DNA of 64,000 nucleotides from Escherichia coli (GCF_016026235.1 NZ_CP065613.1), one strand, 5' to 3'; positions 30,278 to 41,643 are shown, counted from the stretch's first letter. Notes: generated by a model from the sequence alone, not told the origin. Numbers and translations: made by a program.

Positions 30278-30907
30278 ATGAAGCATGAAGAAATGAATCA
30301 GCGATTCAATCACCTGGAAAATGAAATCACTGAGCTTAATAAAAAATTGTCGGCGTTGGTGAGTTCTGAAGATGAAAACAAACGCCGCGATGAGCATTAT
30401 GCGGCGATTTACGATTACTGCCACAAAGTCGCTCACGAGACTTTTATGAAGTTTTTGCAGGAAAAGTTTTTACCGGCCGCATTGTCAGAAAAAGAGGCGG
30501 CTTACCTGCGGCCTGAGTACGTCATTACGGTTAACAGTGCCGGAGAGGAAGAGCATAAAAGTGATTTTATTGCGTCTGCACCGGATAAAGACCAGGAACC
30601 CCGTCGGCCTTTCAGGGTTTCCTGTGAAGAGGGTGAGTTCGTCGTTTATGAGAACGGAAAACCTGTCCGGGCATCGCATCATCACTGCCTGAAAATTATT
30701 AATCTCGCTATCAGATGCCTGAAAGACGAAAACACCAGAGTTATGAAACGCATTGGCCGTTGCATGGGGTATTTGCAGGTGGCGGCAGAGATTGAAGCAC
30801 TTGCCAGTGGTGCAGACATGGATGCTGCGGTGCGGGAGGCTCTTCTTCGTGATTTCAATACTCCCCCTTTAAGAAAGAGCCTGATGACTGGATCCAGCCG
30901 GGGCTGA
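30278..30907 (+). CDS. Hypothetical 209-aa soluble protein inserted between holin and endolysin genes
   Basis: ORF with RBS, starting 4 nt after the holin stop. N-terminal coiled-coil. No known domain recognised. Confidence 0.45.
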   Translation: MKHEEMNQRFNHLENEITELNKKLSALVSSEDENKRRDEHYAAIYDYCHKVAHETFMKFLQEKFLPAALSEKEAAYLRPEYVITVNSAGEEEHKSDFIASAPDKDQEPRRPFRVSCEEGEFVVYENGKPVRASHHHCLKIINLAIRCLKDENTRVMKRIGRCMGYLQVAAEIEALASGADMDAAVREALLRDFNTPPLRKSLMTGSSRG

Positions 30908-30972
30908 CTTATCTTAAAAGGCGTATATAAGTTGGCTCGTTATTTGTTGCCGATAAATCCTGATAAATATCC

Positions 30973-31506
30973 ATGAGCGCAAAAATCAAATACGGCCTGT
31001 CGGCTGCTGTTCTGGCGCTGATTGCCGCAGGCGCGTCTGCTCCCCAGATACTTGACCAGTTTCTGAACGAAAAAGAGGGTAATCACACAACGGCATACCG
31101 TGATGGTTCTGGCATATGGACCATCTGTCGTGGTGCCACAATGGTGGATGGTAAGCCTGTCATACCGGGAATGAAGCTGTCGAAGGAAAAATGTGACCAG
31201 GTTAACGCTATTGAACGTGATAAGGCGCTGGCATGGGTGGAGCGCAATATTAAAGTACCTCTGACCGAACCACAAAAAGCGGGTATAGCGTCATTTTGCC
31301 CCTATAACATTGGCCCCGGTAAGTGTTTCCCGTCGACGTTTTATAAGCGGCTGAATGCCGGTGATCGTAAGGGCGCATGCGAGGCGATTCGCTGGTGGAT
31401 AAAAGATGTTGGGCGCGATTGCCGCATACGTTCAAATAACTGCTATGGACAGGTTATTCGTCGTGACCAGGAAAGCGCATTAGCCTGTTGGGGGATAGAT
31501 CAATGA
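30973..31506 (+). CDS. SAR endolysin (T4-lysozyme-like, R21 family) with N-terminal signal-arrest-release helix
   Basis: Catalytic E-D-T triad context …[20 protein letters not shown]… and N-terminal hydrophobic Gly/Ala-rich helix. Confidence 0.85.
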   Translation: MSAKIKYGLSAAVLALIAAGASAPQILDQFLNEKEGNHTTAYRDGSGIWTICRGATMVDGKPVIPGMKLSKEKCDQVNAIERDKALAWVERNIKVPLTEPQKAGIASFCPYNIGPGKCFPSTFYKRLNAGDRKGACEAIRWWIKDVGRDCRIRSNNCYGQVIRRDQESALACWGIDQ

Positions 31507-31970
31507 GCAGAGTCACCGCGATTATCTCCGCTCTGGTTATCTGCATCATCGTCTGCCTGTCATGGGCTGTTAATCATTACCGTGATAACGCCATTACCTA
31601 CAAAGAGCAGCGCGACAAAAACGCAAGAGAACTGAAGCTGGCGAACGCAACCATTACTGACATGCAGCAGCGCCAGCGTTCTGTTGATGCACTCGATGCT
31701 AAATACACGAAGGAGTTAGCTGATGCGAAAGCTGAAAATGATGCTCTTCGGCGCAAGCTTGATAATGGTGGTCGGGTGCTCGTCAAAGGAAAATGCCCTG
31801 TGCCAGCCTCAGCCAAAACCTCCAGCGCCTCCGGCATGGGCAATGATGCCACCGTCGAACTCTCTTCAGTTGCTGGACGAAACGTTCTCGGTATCCGGGA
31901 CGGAATTATCCGCGACCAAACAGCACTGAGAACGCTTCAGGAATACATCAATACGCAATGCCTGAATTAA
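31503..31970 (+). CDS. Rz i-spanin
   Basis: N-terminal TM followed by coiled-coil. ATGA overlap with the endolysin stop. Confidence 0.75.
   Translation: MSRVTAIISALVICIIVCLSWAVNHYRDNAITYKEQRDKNARELKLANATITDMQQRQRSVDALDAKYTKELADAKAENDALRRKLDNGGRVLVKGKCPVPASAKTSSASGMGNDATVELSSVAGRNVLGIRDGIIRDQTALRTLQEYINTQCLN
31723..31929 (+). CDS. Rz1 o-spanin lipoprotein embedded in the +1 frame of Rz
   Basis: Lipobox VVGC followed by a Pro-rich segment. Fully nested within Rz. Confidence 0.65.
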   Translation: MRKLKMMLFGASLIMVVGCSSKENALCQPQPKPPAPPAWAMMPPSNSLQLLDETFSVSGTELSATKQH

Positions 31971-32011
31971 TCCCTCTGTATCAAAAACGAACTCAATTTG
32001 TTGGATAGTGA

Positions 32012-32323
32012 ATGAAAATTTATATTGCCGGGCCAATGACGGGATATGAGAACTTTAATCGTGACGCCTTTAATAAAGAGGCAGATCGTTTGTCACGACA
32101 TGGTCACTCTGTCTTGAATCCAGCCACTTTGCCTAATGGTCTGACACAACGTGAATACATGGATATTTGCTTTGCAATGCTTCGTTGTGCGGATGCTATT
32201 TTGATGCTTCCTGGCTGGAAAGCGTCTGCTGGAGCAACTGCTGAGTATCATTACGCATACAAGATGGAGATGCCGGTATTCACTACGCTGAATTACCCGC
32301 CAGCTTGTTCCTCTGCAGTATAA
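32012..32323 (+). CDS. DUF4406 / nucleoside 2-deoxyribosyltransferase-like protein (103 aa)
   Basis: MKIYIAGPMTG…LNPA… N-terminal signature of the deoxyribosyltransferase-like fold. Confidence 0.55.
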   Translation: MKIYIAGPMTGYENFNRDAFNKEADRLSRHGHSVLNPATLPNGLTQREYMDICFAMLRCADAILMLPGWKASAGATAEYHYAYKMEMPVFTTLNYPPACSSAV

Positions 32324-32869
32324 AAATCTCTTTGTTTCTCGTGTGCGATCGTGGTCGCTCGCTAAATTCCGCGCTGCATCGTCGCCGTATTTCCGCATTA
32401 ACTATGACCGTAGCCCGACGGGGAACTCCTTCTGCGCGAGTGTGCGGGAATAATCAAAAACGATGCACACCGGGTTTTTACCGCGTTTATGGTTCGCGGG
32501 TTTGTCCCTCATGCTCGCCAGTCCTGTGCGGGGGTGGAAGAAACAGGACACTTACACTGATTCTTGTGGGTACGATGCTATTCCTTTCTGGATTATCCCG
32601 ATGTCATTCATGCAGGGCGCTGTATCAGACGTTCGTCATGGCTGTCAGGCTGACGGGTCCTCCCGGTGGGGTGGCCTGCCACGGGGCGGGAGCGGCGCGG
32701 AAAAAGGCTAGTTTTTGAAATTTCATTCGTCATCACCACTACTGTAATGTATTGATATTACAGTGGTTTTATTTTTGTGCTGTCGGTTTTGATTGTTTTT
32801 TGTTCATCACTAACACCGTTTGCCTAAAGTTGTTCGCAAGATGCATGTTTAAAACATTCTGGAGCGGGT

Positions 32870-33363
32870 ATGGATCGAGAGTTAAAAAATCTGACGCTGA
32901 ATATCAGTCAACTGGCGGCACTGTCAGGTGTACATCGCCAGACTGCTGCGGCAAGGCTGCAAAATCTACCCGTTGCAGGGGGCATGAAAGCAACCTCAAG
33001 CTTTATCGGGTGGTTGATATTGTGTCGGCATTTCTGGCATTACCACCGCCGGTTGCAGAAGGCGAAATGGACGCGCATGAGCGCAAAGCCTGGTATCAGT
33101 CTGAACGTGAGCGTCTTAAGTTCGAACAGGAAACGGCACAACTCATTCCGGCCAGTGATGTCAGACGGGAGTTTGCCATCTGGGCAAAAGCGGTCGTGCA
33201 GGTGCTGGAGACATTACCGGATATTCTTGAACGTGACTGCGGTCTGCAGCCTGCCGCTGTGAGCCGTGTTCAGTCCATTATTGATGATCTGCGCGATCAG
33301 ATAGCCCTGCGGGTGACTGAAGCAGGTGCGGATGATGAGGAGGAATTACAGCAGGAGGAGTAA
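32870..33363 (+). pseudogene. Terminase small subunit (lambda Nu1 family) with an apparent frameshift in a G5 run at 32978-32982. The N-terminal HTH is in frame 2 and the remainder in frame 1.
   Basis: N-terminal part MDRELKNLTLNISQLAALSGVHRQT…PVAGG and C-terminal part …ESNLKLYRVVDIVSAF… both align with Nu1. One extra G restores a single ~165-aa ORF. The stop overlaps terL ATG (TAATG). Confidence 0.65.
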
Positions 33364-35443
33364 TGCTGAATCAGGAAACCGCAAAGGCAGCACGAACCGA
33401 TTCAGGTTATATCCTTCGCGCACCAAGACGAATGCGGGTTGCTGATGCCGTTGCTCAGTATATGCGGGTGCCCATGGGGCAGGGAACTCAGTCCCGTGGG
33501 ATCCGCTGGTGGCACCGTATGTTATTGAGCCGATGAACTGCCTGGCCTCGCGTGAATACGACGCAGTGATATTTGTTGGCCCGGCACGAACCGGCAAGAC
33601 TATCGGCCTGATTGACGGCTGGGTGATTTACAACGTGATTTGCGATCCTGCTGATATGCTGATCATTCAGATGACGGAGGAAAAAGCCCGCGAACACTCC
33701 AAAAAACGACTCGCCAGAACGTTTCGCGTCAGCCCGGAAGTGGTCAGTCGCCTGAGTCCGAACAAAAATGACAACAACGTTTATGACAGAACATTCCTTG
33801 CTGGCAACTACCTGAAAATCGGCTGGCCGTCAGTCAATATCATGTCCTCATCAGATTATAAATGCGTCGCGCTGACGGATTATGACCGTTTTCCGGAAGA
33901 TATTGATGGTGAGGGGGATGCTTTCTCTCTTGCCTCAAAACGTACCACAACATTTATGTCCAGTGGTATGACGCTGGTGGAGAGTTCCCCCGGCAGGGAT
34001 GTGAAGGATGTGAAATGGCGACGGACTTCACCGCATGAGGCTCCACCAACCACGGGGATACTGTCGCTCTATAACCGTGGCGATCGCCGTCGCTGGTACT
34101 GGCCCTGTCCACACTGTGGTGAGTATTTTCAGCCCTGCGGCGATGTGGTTGCTGGTTTCCGTGATATTGCCGATCCCGTGCTGGCAAGTGAGGCGGCTTA
34201 TATTCAGTGTCCTTCCTGTTCAGGACGGATTATGCCTGAACAAAAACGTGAGCTGAACGGACGTGGGGTCTGGTTGCGGGATGGTGAATCCATCAATGCG
34301 GATGGCAGTCGTTATGGTGATCCCAGGCGTTCACGTATTGCGTCATTCTGGATGGAGGGTCCGGCAGCTGCTTACCAGACACTCTCGCAACTCGTTTACA
34401 AACTGCTTACTGCAGAACAGGAATACGAGACAACCGGAAGTGAAGAAACACTCAGGGCGGTTATCAACACCGACTGGGGATTACCTTATCTTCCCCGCGC
34501 CAGCATGGAGCAACGAAAAAGTGAACTGCTTGAGCAGCGGGCAGAGCCTGTTCCTCCCCGCTGCGTGCCGGATGGTGTTAATTTCCTGGCGGCGACAGTG
34601 GATGTGCAGGCGGGACGTCATCGCCGTTTTGTGGTTCAGGTAACGGGTTATGGTTGCCGTGGCGAACGCTGGATTATTGATCGTTACAACATCACGCAGT
34701 CATTGCGTTGTGACAACAACGGAGAAAGCCTGCGAATTGATCCTGCTGGTTATCCTGAGGACTGGGATGTCCTGCTGACGGATGTTTTTCATAAAAGCTG
34801 GCCGTTGGCCTCCGATCCTTCTCAACAAATGCGACTGATGGCAATGGCGGTGGACTCCGGCGGTGAAGACGGGGTCACTGATAATGCCTATAAATTCTGG
34901 CGTCGTTGCCGTCGTGATGGCCTTGGTAAACGTATTTACCTGTTTAAGGGCGACAGCATCCGGCGCGCAAAACTGATCACCCGTACATTCCCTGATAACA
35001 CCGGACGAACGGGCCGACGGGCGCAGGCCGCAGGTGATGTGCCGCTCTGGCTTCTTCAGACGGATGCCCTGAAAGACCGGGTGAATAACGCGTTATGGCG
35101 TGACTCGCCAGGTCCCGGCTATGTGCATTTCCCTGACTGGCTGGGGAGCTGGTTTTACGACGAACTGACGTATGAAGAGCGGAGCAGTGACGGGAAATGG
35201 AGTAAGCCGGGTCGAGGTGCCAACGAAGCTTTTGACCTGATGGTGTATGCCGAGGCTCTGGTCATTCTGCATGGTTACGAGAAAATTCAGTGGCCGGATG
35301 CGCCGGAATGGGCATGCAGGGAAACCTGGCTGGAGCGTGTCAGGGACGATGCCGGACTGTCAGCCTCGCCGGAGCCGGTATCCGTGTCCGTTAAAAAAAG
35401 AAACGAAAAAAAGTGGTGCCTGATGAAGAAAACCCATGGGTGA
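33363..35443 (+). pseudogene. Terminase large subunit (lambda gpA family) with an apparent 1-nt deletion at 33492-33495 (tccc). The first ~43 codons are in frame 3 and the rest in frame 2.
   Basis: Frame-3 segment …VADAVAQYMRVP… and frame-2 segment …SVPWDPLVAPYVIEPMN… together reproduce the conserved gpA N-terminus. The rest of the ORF (to 35443) is intact and carries ATPase and nuclease motifs. Confidence 0.7.
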
Positions 35444-35672
35444 CTTCCGGAGGATGGTTGTGAACCAGAATGATATTGAAGCCATGATCCATCGTTATAT
35501 CAATGCGGAAATGGCAGTGCTGGACGGAAAGTCCATTACTTTTAATGGTCAGCAGATGACCATGGAAAACTTATCCGAGATCCGACAGGGGCGGCAGGAG
35601 TGGGAACGTCGCCTTGCGACTCTGGCTGCGCGGCGACGGGGGACGCCGGGCTATAAACTGGCGAGGTTCTGA
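35436..35672 (+). CDS. Head-tail joining protein gpW-like
   Basis: Small protein between terL and portal with …RRRGTPGYKLARF C-terminus similar to lambda W. Confidence 0.55.
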   Translation: MGDFRRMVVNQNDIEAMIHRYINAEMAVLDGKSITFNGQQMTMENLSEIRQGRQEWERRLATLAARRRGTPGYKLARF

Positions 35673-37176
35673 TGGCAATTCTTGATGATGTGATTGGTGT
35701 TTTTTCACCTGGCTGGAAAGCTGCGAGATTGCGCTCAAGGGCATTAATTCGTGCCTATGAGGCAGTGAAGCCTACTCGTACACATAAAGCCCGGCGGGAA
35801 AATCGTTCTGCCGACCAGCTCAGTAAGTACGGTGCAGTTTCCCTGCGGGAGCAGGCTCGTTTTCTGGACATCAATCATGATCTGGTAATCGGTGTTTTCG
35901 ACAAACTTGAGGAACGGGTGATTGGTGCAAAAGGGATCGTTGTCGAACCCCAGCCATTACTGAAGAACGGTGATATAGCCACAGAGCTGGCAATGATTAT
36001 CCGTCGCTTGTGGGTGGAATGGTCTGTCAGTCCGGATGTGACCGGGCAGTATACGCGCCCCATGCTCGAGCGTCTGCTGCTGCGTACCTGGTTACGTGAT
36101 GGTGAAGTGTTTGCCCAGCTGGTTCGTGGTGCCGGCGGCGGGCTGGTGCGGACTGCTGGCGTGCCTTTCTGGATCGAGGCAATGGAGCCGGATTTTGTGC
36201 CCATGCTCAGTGATGAATCTGTGGGGTTGAATCAGGGTGTTTTTCTGGATGACTGGGGCAGACCGAAAAAATACCTGGTTTATAAAAATCATCCGACTAC
36301 CGGGCGGCTGAGTGATACCAAAGAGATCGTTGCCGAAAATATGGTGCATCTGAAATTTACCCGTCGTCTGCATCAGACGCGTGGTACATCCATGTTGTCA
36401 GGTGTGCTGATGCGGATCAGTGCGCTTAAGGAATATGAAGATGCTGAGCTGACAGCGGCGCGTGTTGCTGCGGCTCTGGGGCTGTATATCCGTAAAGGAG
36501 ATGGGCAGGATTATGAAGACGCCACGATAAATAAAGATAATGACCGGGAACTGCATATCACCCCTGGCATTATTTATGACGATTTGCGCAAGGGGAAGAT
36601 ATTGGCATGGTCAAATCTGATCGGCCCAATCCTAACCTTGAAACTTTTCGTAACGGGCAGCTGCGTGCGGTGGCCGCAGGCAGTCGTATGAGTTTTTCCA
36701 GTGCGGCGCGCAATTACAACGGTACCTACAGCGCTCAGCGACAGGAGCTGGTCGAGTCCACTGACGGGTATCTGATCCTGCAGGACTGCTTTATTGGTGC
36801 TGTAACCCGTCCCGTGTACCGGACGTGGCTGAACATGGTGGTAGCAGCAGGTCTGCTGAAAATCCCGTCGGATGTGGATATGAAAACGTTGTGTAACGCA
36901 ACATATTCCGGTCCGGTCATGCCGTGGATTGATCCGGTTAAGGAGGCTGAGGCCTGGAAAATCCAGATTCGCGGTGGAGCGGCGACAGAATCAGACTGGG
37001 TGCGAGCAGGTGGGCGTAATCCGGATGATGTCAAACGTCGGCGCAAGGCTGAAATTGATGAAAACCGCAAGCTGGGTCTGATATTTGATACCGATCCGGC
37101 CAGTGATAAAGGAGGCAGCAGTGTCGCAACGAAACGACAGGAGCCGCAGCACACCGACGGCCAGTCCGAAGAATAA
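35672..37176 (+). pseudogene. Portal protein (lambda-family) with an apparent frameshift at a G4 run at 36592-36595
   Basis: Two consecutive ORFs (35672-36691 frame 2; 36607-37176 frame 1) which together span a portal. One added G joins them (…IYDDLRKGEDIGMVKSDRPNP…). Confidence 0.7.
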
Positions 37177-37189
37177 TTCCTGGTTCAGG

Positions 37190-39180
37190 ATGCAGGCAGG
37201 TCACCAGAGTGACGCGGATATTTATATTTATGACGAGATTGGTTTCTGGGGTGTTACGGCGAAGCAGTTTATCAGCGATCTGAATGCACTGGGCGATATC
37301 ACCCACATTAATCTCCATATCAATTCACCGGGTGGCGATGTCTTTGAAGGCATCGCCATTTTTAATGCACTGAAAACACATGGTGCGTCCATTACCGTTT
37401 ATGTCGACGGTGTGGCGGCATCAATGGCGTCGGTCATTGCGATGGTGGGAAACCCGGTCATTATGCCGGAAAACACCTTCATGATGATTCATAAACCATT
37501 TGGCTTTACGGGCGGTGATGCGGAGGACATGCGCACCTATGCCGACCTGCTCGATAAAGTTGAGGCGGTTCTGTTACCCGCTTATGCACAGAAAACCGGG
37601 AAAACCACCGATGAAGTTGCTGCCATGCTGGCGGATGAGACCTGGATGTCCGGTGCCGAATGTCTGGCACATGGATTTGCTGATCAGGTGACGCCAGCCG
37701 TTAAGGCAATGGCATGTATTCAGTCAAAACGTACAGAGGAATTTAAAAAGATGCCGGAATCCATTCGAAACATGATTACTCCGCCACGCAACAGTGCAAC
37801 GCGTGAACCTGAAAACAAAAATACTGCATCTCAGACACAGGAGCAGACTACGGCTCAGGTTGCCACAACCGCGACCACCACAAATGCACCTTCCGCAGAT
37901 GAAAGCAGTATCCGTGCGCAGGTACTGGCAGAGCAAAAAGCACGTGTGAGTGGTATTAATGAACTGTTTGGTATGTTTGGCGGGCGTTATCAGACATTGC
38001 AGGCCAGTTGTCTTTCCGATCCGGAGTGCTCGCTTGAGCAGGCCCGTGAGAAATTACTTAACGAAATGGGTAAGGAATTTTCACCATCAAATAAAAATAC
38101 CCCGGCCCATATTTATGCCGGAAACGGTAATTTTGTGGGGGACGGGATCCGCCAGGCGCTGATGGCGCGTGCCGGGTTTGAAAAAACTGAACGTGATAAT
38201 GTCTACAACGGGATGACCCTGCGTGAATATGCCCGTATGTCACTGACTGAACGGGGTATTGGGGTTTCCGGTTATAACCCGATGCAGATGGTCGGGGCAG
38301 CGTTCACACACAGTACGTCTGACTTCGGTAATATTCTGCTGGATGTTGCGAACAAAGCCATTCTGCAGGGCTGGGAAGATGCCCCTGAAACCTATGAACA
38401 GTGGACGCGGAAAGGTCAGCTGTCTGATTTTAAAATTGCCCATCGTGTGGGTATGGGGGCTTCAGTGCTCTGCGTCAGGTGCGTGAAGGAGCGGAATATA
38501 AATACGTTACTACCGGAGATAAACAGGCCACGATTGCACTGGCGACCTATGGTGAACTGTTCAGTATCACCCGTCAGGCCATTATCAACGATGATCTGAA
38601 TATGCTGACCGATGTCCCGATGAAACTGGGCCGTGCGGCAAAATCCACTATTGCCGATCTGGTTTATGCCATTCTGACGTCTAACCCGAAAATCTCCACA
38701 GATAATGTAAGTCTGTTCGATAAAGCGAAACATGCAAACGTACTGGAGAGCGCTGCAATGGACGTGGCATCGCTGGATAAAGCCCGCCAGTTGATGCGTG
38801 TTCAGAAAGAGGGTGAGCGTCATCTGAATATTCGTCCTGCGTTCGTACTGGTACCGACGGCGATGGAGTCTGTTGCTAACCAGGTCATTCGCTCCTCAAG
38901 TGTCAAGGGGGCTGACATTAACGCCGGTATTATTAACCCGGTGAAAGATTTTGCGACCGTTATTGCAGAGCCTCGTCTTGATGATAACAGCCAGACCACC
39001 TTCTACCTGGCTGCGTCCAAAGGCTCCGATACGATTGAAGTGGCTTATCTCAACGGTGTGGATACGCCATATATTGATCAGATGGAGGGCTTCAGTGTGG
39101 ATGGCGTGACAACGAAAGTGCGTATTGACGCTGGTGTCGCGCCAGTTGATCACCGCGGTCTGGTGAAATGTACGGCGTAA
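37190..39180 (+). pseudogene. Fused prohead protease (ClpP/S49) - scaffold - major capsid protein, with an apparent frameshift at a G5 run at 38455-38459
   Basis: N-terminal ClpP-like motifs (…INSPGGDVFEGIAIFNAL…ASMASVIAM…). The C-terminal 233-aa ORF is capsid-like. One added G yields a continuous ~660-aa protein (…AHRVGMGGFSALRQVREGAEYKY…). Confidence 0.6.
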
Positions 39181-39266
39181 ACGTCGCAGATAACAACTCT
39201 GATGGCCCGTAAGGGCTTTTTTTGTACCTGAAATCAGCCCCTGAACGGGGCTGTGCGGAGACAGTT

Positions 39267-39590
39267 ATGGCAAAGAATTTTGTAGAAGAAGGGAAAACGG
39301 TGGCGATTGTTGCCAGTGCAGCCATCAGCAGCGGAGATCTGGTGCAGGTGGGTGATGTTTTTGCGGTGGCGCTGACCGATATTCCACAGGGTGAAACAGG
39401 CGACGGCCTGACCGAAGGTGTGTTTATGCTGCCTAAGCTGAAAACGGATGACATGAAAACGGGTAAGAAGGTTTTTCTGAAGTCCGGAAAAGTTCAGCTG
39501 ACTAACAGCGGCTCTGATCCGCTGGTCGGGGTTGTCTGGGCAGATGCCGGAGCTGGTGCAGAAGAAGTGCCGGTAAAACTCAATGTCTGA
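39267..39590 (+). CDS. Head decoration/DUF2190-like small structural protein
   Basis: Position right after the capsid gene. Gly/Ala-rich ~107 aa. Confidence 0.35.
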   Translation: MAKNFVEEGKTVAIVASAAISSGDLVQVGDVFAVALTDIPQGETGDGLTEGVFMLPKLKTDDMKTGKKVFLKSGKVQLTNSGSDPLVGVVWADAGAGAEEVPVKLNV

Positions 39591-39858
39591 TCCCTTTTCC
39601 CGGCTGGCAGCGCGTATGGATGCGATCACGGTCAGAAAGATGGGAAAGATGGCCTCGATTAATGATGTTTATATGCCTGTGCTCCCGGGAGAAACTCTGG
39701 CAGAGCTGAACGCTCTGTCCGGACCGGCGGTCTCTCTGGTGGTGTTTTCTTCGGGATACCGCCCACGGCGCGGGGACCGCGTTGTTTATGACGGACAACA
39801 ATGGACGGTCACACGGCATGAACGCTTTAACGGTAAACCAATGATCTTTATTGAGTAA
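39583..39858 (+). CDS. Head-tail connector (FII-like) protein
   Basis: Position upstream of Z. Small protein. Confidence 0.45.
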   Translation: MSDPFSRLAARMDAITVRKMGKMASINDVYMPVLPGETLAELNALSGPAVSLVVFSSGYRPRRGDRVVYDGQQWTVTRHERFNGKPMIFIE

Positions 39859-39869
39859 AGAGGTGTGGG

Positions 39870-40454
39870 ATGAAGGGGCTTGAGAATGCCATCCGTAATC
39901 TGAACAGCCTCGATACCCGCATGGTGCCACAGGCCAGCGCATGGGCGGTAAACCGTGTGGCGGCAAAGATTATTTCTGTCGCCACACGGCAGGTTGCGCA
40001 GAATACCGTTGCCGGGGATAACCAGGTGAAAGGTATTCCCCTGAAAACGGTCAGGGAGCGTGTCAGGCTGCTTAAAGCCAGCCCCTCAGGAAAAATGTAT
40101 GCCCGCATGCGTGTTAACCGGGGTAACCTGCCCGCCATTAAGCTGGGTACCGCACAGGTCAGACTGGCCCGCTCCCGGCATGGCAGCAACTCACGTCATC
40201 GTGGCAGCGTACTGAAAGTGGGGAAATACCTTTTCCGGGATGCGTTTATTCAGCAACTGGCGAATGGTCGCTGGCATGTGATGCGGCGTATTGACGGCAA
40301 AAATCGTTACCCCATTGATGTGGTGAAAATCCCGCTGTCCGGACCGCTGACACAGGCATTTGAAGATGCCCGCGACCGCATCATTGCTGCGGAAATGCCG
40401 AAACAGCTGGGGTATGCACTGAAACAACAACTGAGGTTATGGCTGACCCGATGA
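39870..40454 (+). CDS. Z: Minor tail protein Z (gpZ family)
   Basis: 194 aa. Lambda gene order. Confidence 0.7.
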   Translation: MKGLENAIRNLNSLDTRMVPQASAWAVNRVAAKIISVATRQVAQNTVAGDNQVKGIPLKTVRERVRLLKASPSGKMYARMRVNRGNLPAIKLGTAQVRLARSRHGSNSRHRGSVLKVGKYLFRDAFIQQLANGRWHVMRRIDGKNRYPIDVVKIPLSGPLTQAFEDARDRIIAAEMPKQLGYALKQQLRLWLTR

Positions 40455-40852
40455 ACCGACATACACAGATCCGCCAGGTCGTACTGGCACGCCTTCGGGA
40501 ACAGTGTGGAGACAGCGCCACGTTTTTTGACGGGCTTCCGGCATTTGTTGATGCGCAGGAACTGCCTGCCGTGGCGGTGTGGCTGAGTGATGCTCAGTAC
40601 ACCGGAAAAATGACGGATGAAGATGACTGGCAGGCTGTTCTGCATATTGCTGTCTTCATCCGGGCACAGGCACCGGATTCAGAGCTGGATATGTGGATGG
40701 AGAGCACCATTTTCCCGGCCCTGAATGATGTACCGGCACTTTCCGGACTCATCGACACCATGAACCCACTCGGTTTTAACTATCAACGTGATAATGAGAT
40801 GGCCACCTGGGCGATGGCGGAAATCACGTACCAGATCACGTACACGAATTAA
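40439..40852 (+). CDS. U: Tail terminator protein U
   Basis: Clear similarity to lambda gpU as I recall it (…TFFDG.P…ELPAVAVWL…SELD.WMES…). Confidence 0.8.
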   Translation: MADPMNRHTQIRQVVLARLREQCGDSATFFDGLPAFVDAQELPAVAVWLSDAQYTGKMTDEDDWQAVLHIAVFIRAQAPDSELDMWMESTIFPALNDVPALSGLIDTMNPLGFNYQRDNEMATWAMAEITYQITYTN

Positions 40853-40862
40853 GGAGGTGGCA

Positions 40863-41603
40863 ATGACCACACCAAATCCACTGGCAAAAACGAAAGGTGC
40901 GGGAACGACGTTCTGGATGTACACCGGCAAGGGCGATGCGTTTGCGAACCCTTTGTCGGACACTGACTGGCTGCGTCTTGCGATGGTGAAGGATCTGCAA
41001 CCTGGCGAAATGACCGCTGATGCAGAAGATGACACTTATCTCGATGATGAAGATGCAGACTGGAAAACGACAACCCAGGGGCAGAAATCCGTCGGTGATA
41101 CTTTGGCGACGCTGGCCTGGCGTCCGGGTGACAGCGGGCAGAAAAAACTGGTTCAGTTGTTCGATTCCGGTGAAGTCTGCGCGTTTCGTATCAAATACCC
41201 CAACGGTACGGTTGATGTTTTCCGTGGCTGGCTGAGTTCACTGGGTAAAACCATTACCTCAAAAGAGGTGATGACCCGTACTGTAAAAATCAGCGGTGTG
41301 GGGCGTCCGTATCTGGCAGAGGAGGGCGCTGAAACCGTGGGTGTTACCGGACTGACGGTGGCACCGGCATCTGTCAGTGTCAAAGCGGGAGCAACCACCA
41401 CACTGACCTTTACAGTAAAACCTGACGGGGCCAGTGACAAAGCGATCAGTGTGCATTCGTCAGATCCTCAGACTGCTTCGGTGACCCTGAGCGGGCTTGT
41501 GGCCACGGTGAAAGGCGTGAAGCAGGGCAGTGTCAGCATCGTGGGCATGACCTCTGACGGAGAGTTTGTGGCAGTGGCTGCGGTGACCGTCAGCGCACCA
41601 TAA
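40863..41603 (+). CDS. V: Major tail protein V with C-terminal Ig-like (Big_2) domain
   Basis: Lambda V-like N-domain plus C-terminal Ig-like repeat. Confidence 0.8.
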   Translation: MTTPNPLAKTKGAGTTFWMYTGKGDAFANPLSDTDWLRLAMVKDLQPGEMTADAEDDTYLDDEDADWKTTTQGQKSVGDTLATLAWRPGDSGQKKLVQLFDSGEVCAFRIKYPNGTVDVFRGWLSSLGKTITSKEVMTRTVKISGVGRPYLAEEGAETVGVTGLTVAPASVSVKAGATTTLTFTVKPDGASDKAISVHSSDPQTASVTLSGLVATVKGVKQGSVSIVGMTSDGEFVAVAAVTVSAP

Positions 41604-41643
41604 CAGGACGATACTCATCATTGCCCCGGTTATCCGGGGCTTT

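Noticed and set aside
32305-32718. 137-aa and 82-aa ORFs in the gap before terS
   Set aside because: GC-rich, low-complexity translations (Arg/Gly/Cys-rich) with no RBS. The region is more plausibly the cos site.
33509-33520. GTG at 33509 (ORF-track start) as the terL initiation codon
   Set aside because: The conserved gpA N-terminus is encoded upstream in another frame starting at the ATG at 33363, which overlaps the Nu1 stop (TAATG). The 33509 start is an artefact of the frameshift.
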